Shown here: positions 22,068 to 33,622 of the stretch, one piece after another
How positions within the stretch are numbered: position 1 is the first letter of the stretch
Layout: each line of letters starts with the position of its first letter
Source: Escherichia coli
GTDB taxonomy: Bacteria > Pseudomonadota > Gammaproteobacteria > Enterobacterales > Enterobacteriaceae
Direction: 5' to 3' (one strand)
Assembly (NCBI RefSeq): GCF_030013205.1
Contig: NZ_CP122648.1
DNA: 64,000 nucleotides
Notes under the pieces: generated by a model
The model's database searches: none
Seen by the model: only the letters and a program-made list of their open reading frames with translations
What the model was told of the DNA's origin: nothing
Program-made: the position numbers and the translations under genes

Positions 22068-23663
22068 TTAATGAGCCGCTTCAGGCAGGACAAAACCCAT
22101 CGCCGCATCGATAAATAATCTTTCGTCCATCAGTTTGAGTTCTGGCGAAATCACTGGGGTGAAATCCATTTTGTCGAGAATATCTTTTTGTAAATCGACG
22201 CCAGGGGCGATTTCGATTAAATGCAGGCCGTCTTCTTTCAGCGTGAATACTGCGCGCTCAGTGATATAACGAACATCCAGCCCTCGCTCGAGAGCGATTT
22301 TTCCGCTGAAAGTAATTTCCGGTAGTTCCCGAATAAATTTCTTCACCCGTCCTTCCTGGACGATATTTAATTTGCCGTCGGTAATTTCTGTTTTTAAACT
22401 GCCCGCAGTTAATGTGCCGCAGAAAACGATTTTCTTCGAAGTGGCACTGATATCAATAAATCCACCGGTGCCCATGATTTTACCATTGAATTTATGCACG
22501 CCGACGTTACCGTGCTGGTCGACTTCAGCAAAACTCAAATAACAAACATCCAGACCGCCACCGTGATAAAAATCAAACTGGGACGTCATATCCAGAATGG
22601 CACGGGTATTCACGTTCGCGCCAAAGGCGATCCCCTGTGAAGTAATTCCGCCAATCGGACCTGTTTCTACCGTCAGAATAAAGTCATCAGCACAACCTTC
22701 TTCTCGGGCGACCAGGCCAATGCCGTCAGCAATACCGACGCCGACATTCCCCACCGCGCCTTTACGCATTTCGAATAATGCGCGCCGCGCAACTAATTTA
22801 CGTTGGTTTAGGGGCAGGCTAAGTTTGGTACTGTCATCAAGGGTGAAGTCACCAGAAATAAAGCGGTTAACCGGTGCACCGCCATACAGTTGGGTTTGAT
22901 CCGGATCGACCACCACAATATCCACCAGATAACCCGGAATACGGACAGATTTAGGATGCAGCGTGGCTTTCTTAACCATTTTCTGCACCTGCATCATCAC
23001 AATACCGCCGTTATTGTGCACCGCCTGGGCAATAACCAATGCGTCGAGATACATCACCTCATCTTCAAAAGTGGCGTAGCCTTCGCTGTCGCAGGTGGTA
23101 GCGCGAATGAAGGCGATATCTGGCGCAATCGCTTTGTAATAGAGATATTCTTTGTTATCAAACTCGACCAGTTTAATCAGGTCTTCTTTAGTGACTTCAT
23201 TCAGTTTGCCGCCATGCTGGCGTGGATCGACAAATGTCCCGATGCCAATATCACTAATAATACCAGGCTGGTGGGCTGCGGCGGCGCGTAAGGTTTGTGT
23301 AAGTACACCTTGTGGATAGTTATAAGCAATAATTTTATTTTGTTCTGCGAGATCAGAAATACGCGGCGATTGTCCCCAGTGACCGCATAATGCCCATTTC
23401 ACCAGACCTTCTTGCGCCAGCGGACTAATACCACGGTCGGCGCGATCGCCAAGCCCTGTCGGACTAATAATCGATAAATTACGTGGCGTTTGAGTCTGTT
23501 TATATTTATCAGCAAGAGCAGTAATTAACGTGGTGGCTTCCAGAATACCGCCGCCAGCGCCTAACACACAAAGTGTTGCTTCGTCGGGAATATAATTCAC
23601 CGCTTCCTGTGCCGACAGGACCGGCACTCGTCCATTAATACGAGGTGGTTTTATAGGTTTCAT
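22068..23663 (-). CDS. ydiF: Acyl-CoA:acetate CoA-transferase (fused alpha/beta)
   Basis: 531-aa ORF matching K-12 YdiF. Confidence 0.92.
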   Translation of the reverse strand: MKPIKPPRINGRVPVLSAQEAVNYIPDEATLCVLGAGGGILEATTLITALADKYKQTQTPRNLSIISPTGLGDRADRGISPLAQEGLVKWALCGHWGQSPRISDLAEQNKIIAYNYPQGVLTQTLRAAAAHQPGIISDIGIGTFVDPRQHGGKLNEVTKEDLIKLVEFDNKEYLYYKAIAPDIAFIRATTCDSEGYATFEDEVMYLDALVIAQAVHNNGGIVMMQVQKMVKKATLHPKSVRIPGYLVDIVVVDPDQTQLYGGAPVNRFISGDFTLDDSTKLSLPLNQRKLVARRALFEMRKGAVGNVGVGIADGIGLVAREEGCADDFILTVETGPIGGITSQGIAFGANVNTRAILDMTSQFDFYHGGGLDVCYLSFAEVDQHGNVGVHKFNGKIMGTGGFIDISATSKKIVFCGTLTAGSLKTEITDGKLNIVQEGRVKKFIRELPEITFSGKIALERGLDVRYITERAVFTLKEDGLHLIEIAPGVDLQKDILDKMDFTPVISPELKLMDERLFIDAAMGFVLPEAAH

Positions 23664-23807
23664 TGTTAATTCCTGATTCAGGTGTGATTTTCCCTACGCC
23701 AGATGGAGAATTAGCGCACAGAGACTCACGAAATATTTTTATTAAATACGGTTAAATATATTTTTTTAGTTCGGCGGGGGAGGATATTCCCGCCGAAATA
23801 TTATTGC

Positions 23808-24566
23808 TTATGCCTGATGTAAAATAGTTAACACTGTGCGCAAATCATTTACCGAGATTTGCCCTGGTGCAGAGGCTTTTTTTACCGCACCAAAAGTTGC
23901 CGCCGAGCCAAATACTTCACCAGCCAGACGAGAAATTACGCCAGTTTTTGCCATTGACATCGTGATGATTGGACGATCGGCATACTGCTCCTGCATCTCC
24001 AGGGTCGCGGCAAGCAACGTCAGCACATCGCTGGTACTTTGCGGCATCAGCGCAATCTTAGGAATATCGGCGTCGAAGGATTGCATTTTGCGCAGACGGG
24101 CAATGATTTCTTCGGCTTCCGGCGTTTTATGGAAGTCATGGTTGGACATGACAACTTTCACATCATGCGCGTGGGCGTAGGCGACGGTTTCTTTAACCTG
24201 ATCATCGCCGGTAAATAACTCCAGATCGATCATATCAACCAGGCCACTATCGATGGCTGCACGATTGAGTGCAATATATGCCTCGGTGGAAATCGCCTGC
24301 TCGCCGCCTTCTTTGGCACTGCGGAAGGTAAACAGCAGCGGTTTTTCTGGCATGGTTTCACGGAGAATTTTTGCTGCCGCCATGACAGACTCCACATTGG
24401 AGAGATCGGCATAGTGGTCCACACGCCATTCCAGAATATCAAAGTCCGCTTCACGATAGGCGAGAGCTTCGGATTTCACGCTGGCGATATCTTTCGCCAT
24501 CAGCGAGACGATGATTTTAGGTGCGCCCGTACCAATGACGAGATCTTTTACAGTTACGGTTTTCAT
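23808..24566 (-). CDS. aroD: 3-dehydroquinate dehydratase type I
   Basis: 252-aa ORF matching K-12 AroD. Confidence 0.95.
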   Translation of the reverse strand: MKTVTVKDLVIGTGAPKIIVSLMAKDIASVKSEALAYREADFDILEWRVDHYADLSNVESVMAAAKILRETMPEKPLLFTFRSAKEGGEQAISTEAYIALNRAAIDSGLVDMIDLELFTGDDQVKETVAYAHAHDVKVVMSNHDFHKTPEAEEIIARLRKMQSFDADIPKIALMPQSTSDVLTLLAATLEMQEQYADRPIITMSMAKTGVISRLAGEVFGSAATFGAVKKASAPGQISVNDLRTVLTILHQA

Positions 24567-24596
24567 TTTTTACCCTTTCTGCACGCGGTCAGCCTG

Positions 24597-25463
24597 TCAG
24601 GCACCGAACCCCATGACCTGTTTAACATATTCCAGAGGGAAATCTTTGCCAGTCCATAACGTGAACTGTTCAGCCCCTTGCCACAACAACATGCCGTATC
24701 CATCAATCGTTTTGCAACCAGCTTGTTGCGCCTGCTGCAATAACTTCGTCATATGCGGGTTATACACGCATTCAGTGACCAGAAGTCCCGGATGTAACAG
24801 ACTGATATCATTAACCAATGATTCATTCTCAAGGGGTTTCATGCCCACTTTTGTGCCATTGGTTAAAATGTCGGCGGAAGCCAGGGCTTCAGCAAAGGCT
24901 TGCTGATCGGCGAGATCGGTAACCGTGACGACACAATCGGTGTTTTCGTTAACCCGCTGCGCGAAGGCGAGGGCTTTATCGAAGAACTCATCCCGACGGT
25001 TAAAGAGTTTAATTTCTTTTAAACCTTCAATTGCCCCCTGCGCGCCAATCGCCGTTGAGGCACCTCCGGCCCCTAACAGCACCATCGTTTTGCCTTTGAT
25101 ATCAAAACCGCTCTCTTTAATGGCGCGAATATGGCCCGTGCCGTCGGTGTTATAGCCACGCAGATAGCCATCATCATTAACGATGGTGTTGATGGCCCCC
25201 ACCAGTTTGGCCGCTGGCGTTAATTCATCAACATATTCACACGCCAGTTGTTTGTTCGGCATTGATACACCAGTTCCGCGCATTTTGAGGGCTTTTAATC
25301 CTTCAATTGCTCCGGGAAAACTATCGTTATCCACTTCAAAGGCCATATAGGTAAATGGCAATCCCGCTTTTTCTAAGGCTTTATTCTGCATTTCAGGCGA
25401 TAAACTGTGGCGGATAGGATAAGCCATCAGCCCAATCAATTCGTATTTTGCGGTAACATCCAT
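24597..25463 (-). CDS. ydiB: Quinate/shikimate dehydrogenase
   Basis: 288-aa ORF matching K-12 YdiB. Confidence 0.95.
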
Positions 25464-25474
25464 AATTAACTCCT

Positions 25475-26740
25475 TTAACCTCTATGCTTAATTGTGTTTA
25501 ACCGGGTGCTAAATTTACGCTCGCCAAACCGCACATCATTTTCAGGAATAATGAAAACGCGGTAATAGCGGATAAAGACAATAATTGCGGTAATCAGGGC
25601 CAGCAGCGAGAAAGTAAAATCGAGAGCAATGATATATTGCAGGCCGATGTTCGACAGATAACCGGTAATCAGCGGAATAACAAAGTTAGCCAGTCCACCC
25701 ATCATCATATAAATACTGGTGACTTTGGCTTTGCTTTTGGGGAAAAACTCTGACATGACCGAAACGCCGAGCTGTAAAATGCCGCCAGCTGCTGAGAAAC
25801 CGATAACAAAGGCTCCGGCATTACACACCAGTGGAGAAGGGTACAGGTAGATAATGGCTGCTGTTATTGTTGCCAGTGCAGAGTTAAATACATTAGCCCA
25901 GATGGGCCGGACCATTTTTTTCAGTAGTGCGGCAAAAATAAAGACACAGACCAACGAGCCCATACTGTAATAAGAGATGGTTTTTAATGCTTCAGCTTCT
26001 GACATACCAGCAAAAGCCATCGCATATTTGGGCATCCACACCACAATCACATAAAAGGTCGAGAATGCGGCTACACCGAACAGTACCGATGAAACACCTT
26101 CCAGCCAGACTAACGGTTTGCTGTTCATTTGCGGTAATTCATGAGCTACGCTGGCGTCCACCAACTGGCTGGGGAATTTGCTTTTCAACAGCATCAGTGT
26201 GATCAGTACAAACAGAATACCCGGAATAATCAGCCCATAGCCGTACCAGATGTTATTGAGCAACATATAGCTCACCAGCATTGGGTAGAACATTTGCCCG
26301 AATGACACCATCGCTTTAACCAGTATGACCGCCGAACCAGAGGCTTTCGGAAAGCATTCCATGAGCGCGGGGTAGCCACCCGTATCCAGCGCTGAGTTAG
26401 CGATACCTACGCACACTGCCAGACAGTAGGCGAGAGTTAAATTCGGGCAAGCAGGGATACCAAAGAAGAATAGCAGATACATTATTACTGCCATTAATAT
26501 TACCGCCCGACGACCAAACTTATCGGAGAACACACCGAAGAATAAAATACTGATCAATCGCCCCAAACCGATACCGGAAATTAAATAGGCAATGCCCGCG
26601 TTGTCAGTGGAAAACTTTTCTGCCAGAGATGACATATTTTGGGCAAGCGTAATAACACTAATGCCGTGCAGGAAATAGCTGAAGTAAATACAAAGAACAG
26701 CCAGGATAAATGGCGTGCTGAAAGCCTTATTTTGAGACAT
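25475..26740 (-). CDS. ydiN: MFS transporter
   Basis: 421-aa protein (ORF extends 2 codons further to 26746); polytopic membrane protein. Confidence 0.9.
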
Positions 26741-26966
26741 TTTCACAGCTCCTTGCTGAAAGATAATTTCGTTACCGTACGTATTGTTCTCCGACGGTTT
26801 ACATAATTACTATACTGAAGATGATTTTCCCTGGGTACATGGCATAAAGTTTATGTTTCCAGGAATATTGCATGTCATAGTTTGTTTTTTATCGCGATTT
26901 TCCTTAGTTGGTGCAGAAAGAGTTATTTATCCGTAAGATCTTGCATGACCTGAAAAGAATATTGCA

Positions 26967-28181
26967 TTACCCACCCGGAGCGACATTTTCCTTTAGCGAG
27001 TGATGCTGCGTTTCTTTGCGGCTGCGTAAGCCGATAAACAGTGCCAGTAAAAAGCCGATGGCAGCGATGGCGGTATCGAACCACATAATATCGGCAATAC
27101 TTCTTTGGGACAGATGAGCCGTAATCAACGGAATAGTAAAGGTCGCAATACTGCCCGCACTGTAATAGATCCCTGTAGCTTTACCTTTAGCGTAGGGGAA
27201 ACGTTCAGCCATTAATGTCAGGTCAATTTGCACAACACCTCCAGCAGAGGTAAAACCAATGACAAAAGCAAATATTATCACCACATAAAATGTGGGATGC
27301 AGACAGACGGTAAACAGAGCAATAAATGAGATAAAAGTGTACAGCATCAGTAATGTTGTTGGGCGAACGGTATTACGAATGAGTGGAGCGGTAATAAATA
27401 CACAAAGCAGCGAACCCACGGTGTAGATACTGAGTAGTTTGATCGACATGGTGTATGACATGCCTGCAACAAATTGTCCGTACTGTGCCAGCCACTGGCT
27501 AACCAGATAAAAGGTTGCCATTGAGATATAACCATATAAGGTATAACTGGCTAAATCGATAATTGAACAGCGATGTTCCGTAGAGTTGGTGGTTTTCTTT
27601 ATGACAGGTAAGCGACGACCCGGATGGGGTGGGAACGTACAACGGTATAAAAACAGAGCGTTAATAAACATAATGCCTGCGGCAATCATAAAGGACCAAC
27701 CGAACCACAGTTCAGCCCACACTAACAGGCTAATGATTAGCGGTAATAAAAATTGCCCGCTGGAAACAAATGCTTTAATTAAAATATTGGCTGTACCCGG
27801 TGAGCGTGGAAAAGCTTCCATCAAACTGGGATAGGTGCCTGCATCGAGAAAACTGTTTGCCATTCCCGCCAGAAAGCCAAAAACATAAGCGATAATGATG
27901 TTATTGGTGTGCAGGATGCCAAAAAAGAAGGCCATATAGCAGCACATCCCGAGCATGATAAAAGGGCGGCGACCAAAGCGATCGGATAATAATCCTGCAA
28001 AAAGCAAGACACTTAATCGACCAATGCCCAGTGATGAGATAACTATCGAGACGCCCGCGGCATTAGTCTGCCAAAGCGTCTCCAGCGAGGCCATATTCAG
28101 GCTCATCAAAATGACGCCCATACCATGCACCAGGTAATTAAAATACAACCCCAGTGCGGTAGGGTAATAGGGATTTTTCAT
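26967..28181 (-). CDS. ydiM: MFS transporter
   Basis: 404-aa ORF matching K-12 YdiM. Confidence 0.9.
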   Translation of the reverse strand: MKNPYYPTALGLYFNYLVHGMGVILMSLNMASLETLWQTNAAGVSIVISSLGIGRLSVLLFAGLLSDRFGRRPFIMLGMCCYMAFFFGILHTNNIIIAYVFGFLAGMANSFLDAGTYPSLMEAFPRSPGTANILIKAFVSSGQFLLPLIISLLVWAELWFGWSFMIAAGIMFINALFLYRCTFPPHPGRRLPVIKKTTNSTEHRCSIIDLASYTLYGYISMATFYLVSQWLAQYGQFVAGMSYTMSIKLLSIYTVGSLLCVFITAPLIRNTVRPTTLLMLYTFISFIALFTVCLHPTFYVVIIFAFVIGFTSAGGVVQIDLTLMAERFPYAKGKATGIYYSAGSIATFTIPLITAHLSQRSIADIMWFDTAIAAIGFLLALFIGLRSRKETQHHSLKENVAPGG

Positions 28182-28279
28182 AGGTTCTACTTAGCAAAGG
28201 TGCTTTAAAAAGTGAAGCGATGTTGTGTCAGCATCCGTTCATTATTGTTGTAACAACGACAATTCCTTTCTTTGGAAAA

Positions 28280-28636
28280 TTAACAAAGGCGCTCCAGATC
28301 GTGTGCATATAATTCAGCGGCTACCGATTGATAGATCTTCCAGTCAATAAAATTGCCATCAGGGTAGACTTGTTGAAACGCGGTTAAGTCGGGGAAAAAA
28401 CGCATGGTGTTGTTGCCGATGCGGTTATTTATTTTCTCTATGATGGCATGAAGATGTTTTTTTCTTTGCTGACGCATAGCCAACAGTTGCTCGACTACAC
28501 GATCAGGAATGGCGTATTTGCCATTTTCCCATTGACGCCAGCTTTCACTGTCACCGGTCTGGGCAATCCAGGTCGCGCATTCATCAATAGTCATGGCAAA
28601 AATATGGCGGAGTGCCTGGAGTTCATAAGCGTTCAT
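28280..28636 (-). CDS. ydiL: Uncharacterised protein YdiL
   Basis: 118-aa protein from internal ATG (MNAYELQ) of 127-aa ORF. Confidence 0.85.
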   Translation of the reverse strand: MNAYELQALRHIFAMTIDECATWIAQTGDSESWRQWENGKYAIPDRVVEQLLAMRQQRKKHLHAIIEKINNRIGNNTMRFFPDLTAFQQVYPDGNFIDWKIYQSVAAELYAHDLERLC

Positions 28637-28773
28637 CGTGTAATGGCTGCATGAAATAAACAATAAAATATAAATAACATTATCAGCCTGCTGACGGCTT
28701 GAAGAGAGTCACAGTATCTTGTGCAACATTATTGGAAAGCGTGAGGGGCGAGGTAGCGAAGCGGAAAAATGTT

Positions 28774-28879
28774 AAAAAAAAGCCCATCGTGGGAGATGGG
28801 CAAAGACTACACACAGCAATTCGTTGTTTCACTCAGGGGATTTCCATGCTTATAAATCAATATGTTGATTTATAACCGT
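28774..28879 (-). ncRNA. rprA: Small regulatory RNA RprA
   Basis: Reverse complement matches RprA (ACGGTTATAAATCAACATATTGATTTATAAGCATGG ... GCCCATCTCCCACGATGGGCTTTTTTTT), between ydiK and ydiL. Confidence 0.85.
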
Positions 28880-29064
28880 GAGCTAATAGTAGGCATACGG
28901 ACTTTTTGCGTCGATCAGATTCGTCTCATTAGTTTAAAAACTGTAAAGAATTTGCGACAGGTACTACCAGCTGAATGGCGGTAAGCAGGAAAATATGGGG
29001 AAGAGCAAGCAAATATCAATTAGCGGTGGTTAACAATCAGGCGGCAGAGCCGCCTGATGAGAAA

Positions 29065-30177
29065 TTACTTATTCGGTTTCTCGGTTTCGCCAAGTTCTTC
29101 GAGAATTTCTTCCGGTTGGTCCGTCGGCGGTGGGACCTCTTCCACCCACGCGGCAAACAGACGCCAGGAAACGGCTAAAAGAACCGGACCAATAAATAGA
29201 CCGATCATCCCGAAAGCAATCAAACCACCAATAACACCAGAGAGGATCAGGATCAGCGGTAAATCGGCACCCATGCGAATTAACATTGGGCGGATGACGT
29301 TATCCAGCGTGCCAACCACACCGCTCCACACTAACAATACCGTTCCCCAGGTGGTATCACCGGTCCAGTAGAGCCAGATAATCGCCGGAATCAGTACCGG
29401 CAACGGTCCAAGCTGGACAAGGCAGGAGAGGATCATTAACACCGTGAGCAACGTTGCATAAGGTACGCCGGATACGGCGAGGCCGATACCGCCAAGCACT
29501 GCCTGTACTAACGCTGTCACCACAACACCCAGCGCCACCGCGCGGATAGCTTGTGCCGCTAGCAGCACGGCGGCATCTCCACGAACGCCTGCCAGACGGG
29601 TTGCAAAATGGCGAATGCCTTGCCCCACTTGTTCACCGCGCCAGTACAGCAGGGCGCTGAAGAGAAGCATCAGCGCACAATGCACCATAAAGCGCCCGAT
29701 ATGCGCCGCCTGCCCAACGAACCAGGTGGTGGTGGTGCCAATATAAGGACGGACTTTTGCCATGATCGCCGTCCCCCCCATATCCAGCAAGTTGTGCCAG
29801 CCTGCATACAGCTTCGCGCCAATCACCGGAATGGTATTAAGCCACGCCAGATCGGGTAACGTCATGTCACCGCTGGAAATGGCTTTAATTAGCGGGCCGC
29901 TGCCGTCGACGATACTGTTAACCAGCAAAGCAATAGGGATGATAAACACCATCACTAATAACAGCGTCATCACCAGAACGGCGAGAGAGCGGCGGCCAAA
30001 CATGATCTTTTGCAAACGTAACAATACCGGCCAGGTGGCGATAACCACCGTACCGGCCCATGCAAAGCCGAGAATAAAGGGTTGAACAATCCACAGACAT
30101 GCCACAATCATGATGGCTAAAAACAGCACCGAAAGCAGAATTTGTGCGACATCCCTGGGCTGACGAACATTTACCAT
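29065..30177 (-). CDS. ydiK: AI-2E family transporter
   Basis: 370-aa ORF matching K-12 YdiK. Confidence 0.92.
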   Translation of the reverse strand: MVNVRQPRDVAQILLSVLFLAIMIVACLWIVQPFILGFAWAGTVVIATWPVLLRLQKIMFGRRSLAVLVMTLLLVMVFIIPIALLVNSIVDGSGPLIKAISSGDMTLPDLAWLNTIPVIGAKLYAGWHNLLDMGGTAIMAKVRPYIGTTTTWFVGQAAHIGRFMVHCALMLLFSALLYWRGEQVGQGIRHFATRLAGVRGDAAVLLAAQAIRAVALGVVVTALVQAVLGGIGLAVSGVPYATLLTVLMILSCLVQLGPLPVLIPAIIWLYWTGDTTWGTVLLVWSGVVGTLDNVIRPMLIRMGADLPLILILSGVIGGLIAFGMIGLFIGPVLLAVSWRLFAAWVEEVPPPTDQPEEILEELGETEKPNK

Positions 30178-30565
30178 AACAACTTTTCACCTTTTTTGTG
30201 CGTCAAATCGTCGACGCGACGTGAACACGCGAAACTCACCTGCATAATGATGAGCAATTTCAGCGGTTTTTAACAGGCCGATTCTGCCCTTAATTCTGAT
30301 GGGCGTGTTAGAAAAAAATGTGGTACAACAACTCAGGCAACACGCAAACGATTTACTCGTCGTATTTCAAGTTGCATGTGCTGCGGCTACGTTCGTTCAC
30401 CCCAGTCACTTACTATTGTAAGCTCCTGGAGTTCACTCGCTTGCCGCCTTTCTGCAACACGAAATCCATAGAGTAAACAAACATCACCTTTCAGTGCGCT
30501 ATTGCAGCAGCCTGAAAGAATAGTGTATCGACCTACATCACAGACCGCAGGAAAGGGTCAATATA

Positions 30566-33500
30566 ATGATTCCACAGATTTCCCAGGCACCCGGCGTCGT
30601 TCAACTGGTGCTTAATTTTTTGCAAGAGCTGGAGCAACAGGGGTTTACCGGCGATACGGCGACAAGTTATGCCGATCGTCTGACAATGTCGACCGACAAC
30701 AGTATTTACCAACTTCTCCCCGATGCGGTGGTATTTCCGCGTTCAACCGCAGATGTGGCGCTGATCGCCCGTCTTGCCGCGCAGGAACGCTATTCATCGC
30801 TGATCTTTACCCCCCGCGGCGGCGGCACCGGCACTAACGGTCAGGCGCTCAACCAGGGGATTATTGTTGATATGTCCCGCCATATGAACCGCATCATCGA
30901 AATTAACCCTGAAGAGGGCTGGGTGCGCGTTGAGGCCGGGGTGATAAAAGATCAACTCAATCAGTACCTGAAACCGTTCGGCTACTTTTTTGCGCCGGAA
31001 CTTTCGACCAGCAACCGGGCAACGCTCGGTGGGATGATCAATACCGATGCATCCGGTCAGGGATCGCTGGTCTATGGCAAAACGTCAGATCACGTACTTG
31101 GCGTACGCGCGGTGTTGTTGGGGGGCGATATTCTCGATACGCAACCTTTACCCGTCGAGCTGGCGGAAACGCTGGGTAAATCCAATACCACAATCGGGCG
31201 AATTTATAACACGGTTTATCAACGTTGCCGTCAGCAACGCCAGTTAATCATCGACAACTTCCCCAAACTTAACCGCTTTCTTACCGGTTACGATCTGCGT
31301 CATGTCTTTAACGACGAGATGACCGAGTTTGACCTGACGCGCATTCTGACGGGTTCAGAAGGGACGCTGGCCTTTATTACCGAAGCGCGGCTGGATATTA
31401 CGCCCTTGCCTAAAGTGCGCCGTCTGGTGAACGTCAAATATGACTCTTTTGACTCCGCGCTGCGTAACGCGCCGTTTATGGTTGAGGCGCGGGCGCTTTC
31501 GGTAGAGACGGTGGACTCAAAAGTGCTGAATCTGGCGCGGGAAGATATTGTCTGGCATTCCGTCAGCGAGTTGATTACCGATGTGCCTGACAAAGAAATG
31601 CTCGGGCTGAACATTGTGGAATTTGCTGGTGATGATGAGACGCTGATTGATGAGCGAGTAAATGCACTCTGTGCGCGGCTGGATGAACTTATCGCCAGTC
31701 AGCAAGCAGGTGTGATCGGCTGGCAGGTATGCAGTGAGCTGGCAGGTGTTGAGCGTATTTATGCGATGCGCAAAAAAGCTGTCGGCCTGCTCGGTAATGC
31801 CAAAGGAGCAGCCAAGCCAATTCCGTTTGCTGAGGATACCTGCGTACCGCCGGAACATCTGGCAGATTATATTGCTGAATTTCGCGCGCTGCTCGACAGC
31901 CACGGCTTAAGCTACGGTATGTTTGGTCACGTCGATGCAGGTGTCCTGCACGTCCGTCCGGCACTGGATATGTGCGATCCGCAACAAGAGATTTTGATGA
32001 AGCAAATCTCTGATGATGTAGTGGCGCTTACCGCGAAATACGGTGGTTTGTTGTGGGGCGAGCACGGCAAAGGTTTTCGCGCCGAATACAGCCCGGCGTT
32101 TTTCGGTGAGGAACTTTTTGCAGAACTGCGTAAAGTGAAAGCGGCATTTGACCCGCATAACCGACTCAACCCAGGGAAGATTTGCCCGCCAGAAGGTCTC
32201 GATGCACCGATGATGAAAGTGGACGCGGTGAAGCGTGGCACATATGATCGACAGATCCCCATTGCGGTACGCCAGCAGTGGCGTGGTGCGATGGAGTGTA
32301 ACGGCAACGGTTTATGCTTCAACTTTGATGCCCGCAGTCCGATGTGCCCGTCGATGAAGATTACCCAGAACCGGATTCATTCACCGAAAGGGCGCGCAAC
32401 GCTGGTGCGTGAATGGCTGCGTTTGTTGGCAGATCGCGGTGTTGACCCAGTCAAACTGGAACAAGAGCTGCCTGAATCAGGCGTCAGTTTGCGGACGTTA
32501 ATTGCCCGCACGCGCAATAGCTGGCATGCGAATAAAGGCGAATATGACTTCTCCCACGAAGTCAAAGAGGCGATGTCGGGCTGTCTGGCCTGTAAAGCTT
32601 GTTCGACCCAGTGCCCAATCAAAATTGACGTGCCTGAGTTTCGTTCTCGCTTTCTGCAACTCTATCACACCCGTTATTTGCGCCCGCTGCGCGACCACCT
32701 CGTCGCCACGGTCGAGAGCTACGCACCGCTGATGGCACGCGCGCCGAAAACCTTTAACTTCTTCATTAACCAGCCGCTGGTGCGCAAACTCTCGGAAAAA
32801 CATATCGGCATGGTTGATTTGCCGCTGCTGTCGGTCCCCTCGCTACAACAACAAATGGTGGGGCATCGCTCGGCAAACATGACGCTGGAACAGCTTGAAG
32901 CTCTCAGTGCAGAGCAGAAAGCGCGCACGGTGCTGGTGGTGCAGGACCCCTTTACCAGCTATTACGATGCGCAAGTGGTGGCGGATTTTGTCCGTCTGGT
33001 CGAAAAATTAGGTTTCCAGCCGGTGTTACTGCCATTTTCGCCAAATGGCAAAGCCCAGCATATCAAAGGCTTTCTTAATCGTTTTGCGAAGACGGCGAAA
33101 AAGACGGCGGATTTCCTCAACCGTGTGGCGAAGCTGGGGATGCCAATGGTGGGCGTCGATCCGGCGCTGGTACTTTGTTATCGCGATGAATATAAACTGG
33201 CGCTGGGCGAGGAACGTGGCGAGTTTAACGTCTTACTGGCGAATGAATGGCTGGCAAGCGCACTTGACTCACAGCCAGTGGCTACAGTCAGCGGTGAATC
33301 ATGGTATTTCTTTGGTCACTGTACCGAAGTTACCGCTTTGCCGGGCGCGCCAGCACAATGGGCCGCGATATTTGCCCGTTTTGGCGCGAAACTGGAAAAT
33401 GTCAGCGTGGGTTGCTGCGGCATGGCAGGGACTTACGGACATGAAGCGAAAAACCATAAAAATTCGCTCGGGATCTATGAGTTATCCTGGCATCAGGCGA

Positions 33501-33622
33501 TGCAGCGACTGCCGCGTAACCGCTGTCTGGCGACCGGATATTCCTGCCGTAGTCAGGTCAAACGGGTTGAAGGCACGGGGGTACGCCATCCTGTGCAGGC
33601 TTTACTGGAGATTATTAAATGA
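30566..33622 (+). CDS. ydiJ: FAD-linked oxidase with Fe-S domain (reported D-2-hydroxyglutarate dehydrogenase)
   Basis: 1018-aa ORF; N-terminal FAD-binding domain, C-terminal Cys clusters. Confidence 0.93.
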   Translation: MIPQISQAPGVVQLVLNFLQELEQQGFTGDTATSYADRLTMSTDNSIYQLLPDAVVFPRSTADVALIARLAAQERYSSLIFTPRGGGTGTNGQALNQGIIVDMSRHMNRIIEINPEEGWVRVEAGVIKDQLNQYLKPFGYFFAPELSTSNRATLGGMINTDASGQGSLVYGKTSDHVLGVRAVLLGGDILDTQPLPVELAETLGKSNTTIGRIYNTVYQRCRQQRQLIIDNFPKLNRFLTGYDLRHVFNDEMTEFDLTRILTGSEGTLAFITEARLDITPLPKVRRLVNVKYDSFDSALRNAPFMVEARALSVETVDSKVLNLAREDIVWHSVSELITDVPDKEMLGLNIVEFAGDDETLIDERVNALCARLDELIASQQAGVIGWQVCSELAGVERIYAMRKKAVGLLGNAKGAAKPIPFAEDTCVPPEHLADYIAEFRALLDSHGLSYGMFGHVDAGVLHVRPALDMCDPQQEILMKQISDDVVALTAKYGGLLWGEHGKGFRAEYSPAFFGEELFAELRKVKAAFDPHNRLNPGKICPPEGLDAPMMKVDAVKRGTYDRQIPIAVRQQWRGAMECNGNGLCFNFDARSPMCPSMKITQNRIHSPKGRATLVREWLRLLADRGVDPVKLEQELPESGVSLRTLIARTRNSWHANKGEYDFSHEVKEAMSGCLACKACSTQCPIKIDVPEFRSRFLQLYHTRYLRPLRDHLVATVESYAPLMARAPKTFNFFINQPLVRKLSEKHIGMVDLPLLSVPSLQQQMVGHRSANMTLEQLEALSAEQKARTVLVVQDPFTSYYDAQVVADFVRLVEKLGFQPVLLPFSPNGKAQHIKGFLNRFAKTAKKTADFLNRVAKLGMPMVGVDPALVLCYRDEYKLALGEERGEFNVLLANEWLASALDSQPVATVSGESWYFFGHCTEVTALPGAPAQWAAIFARFGAKLENVSVGCCGMAGTYGHEAKNHKNSLGIYELSWHQAMQRLPRNRCLATGYSCRSQVKRVEGTGVRHPVQALLEIIK

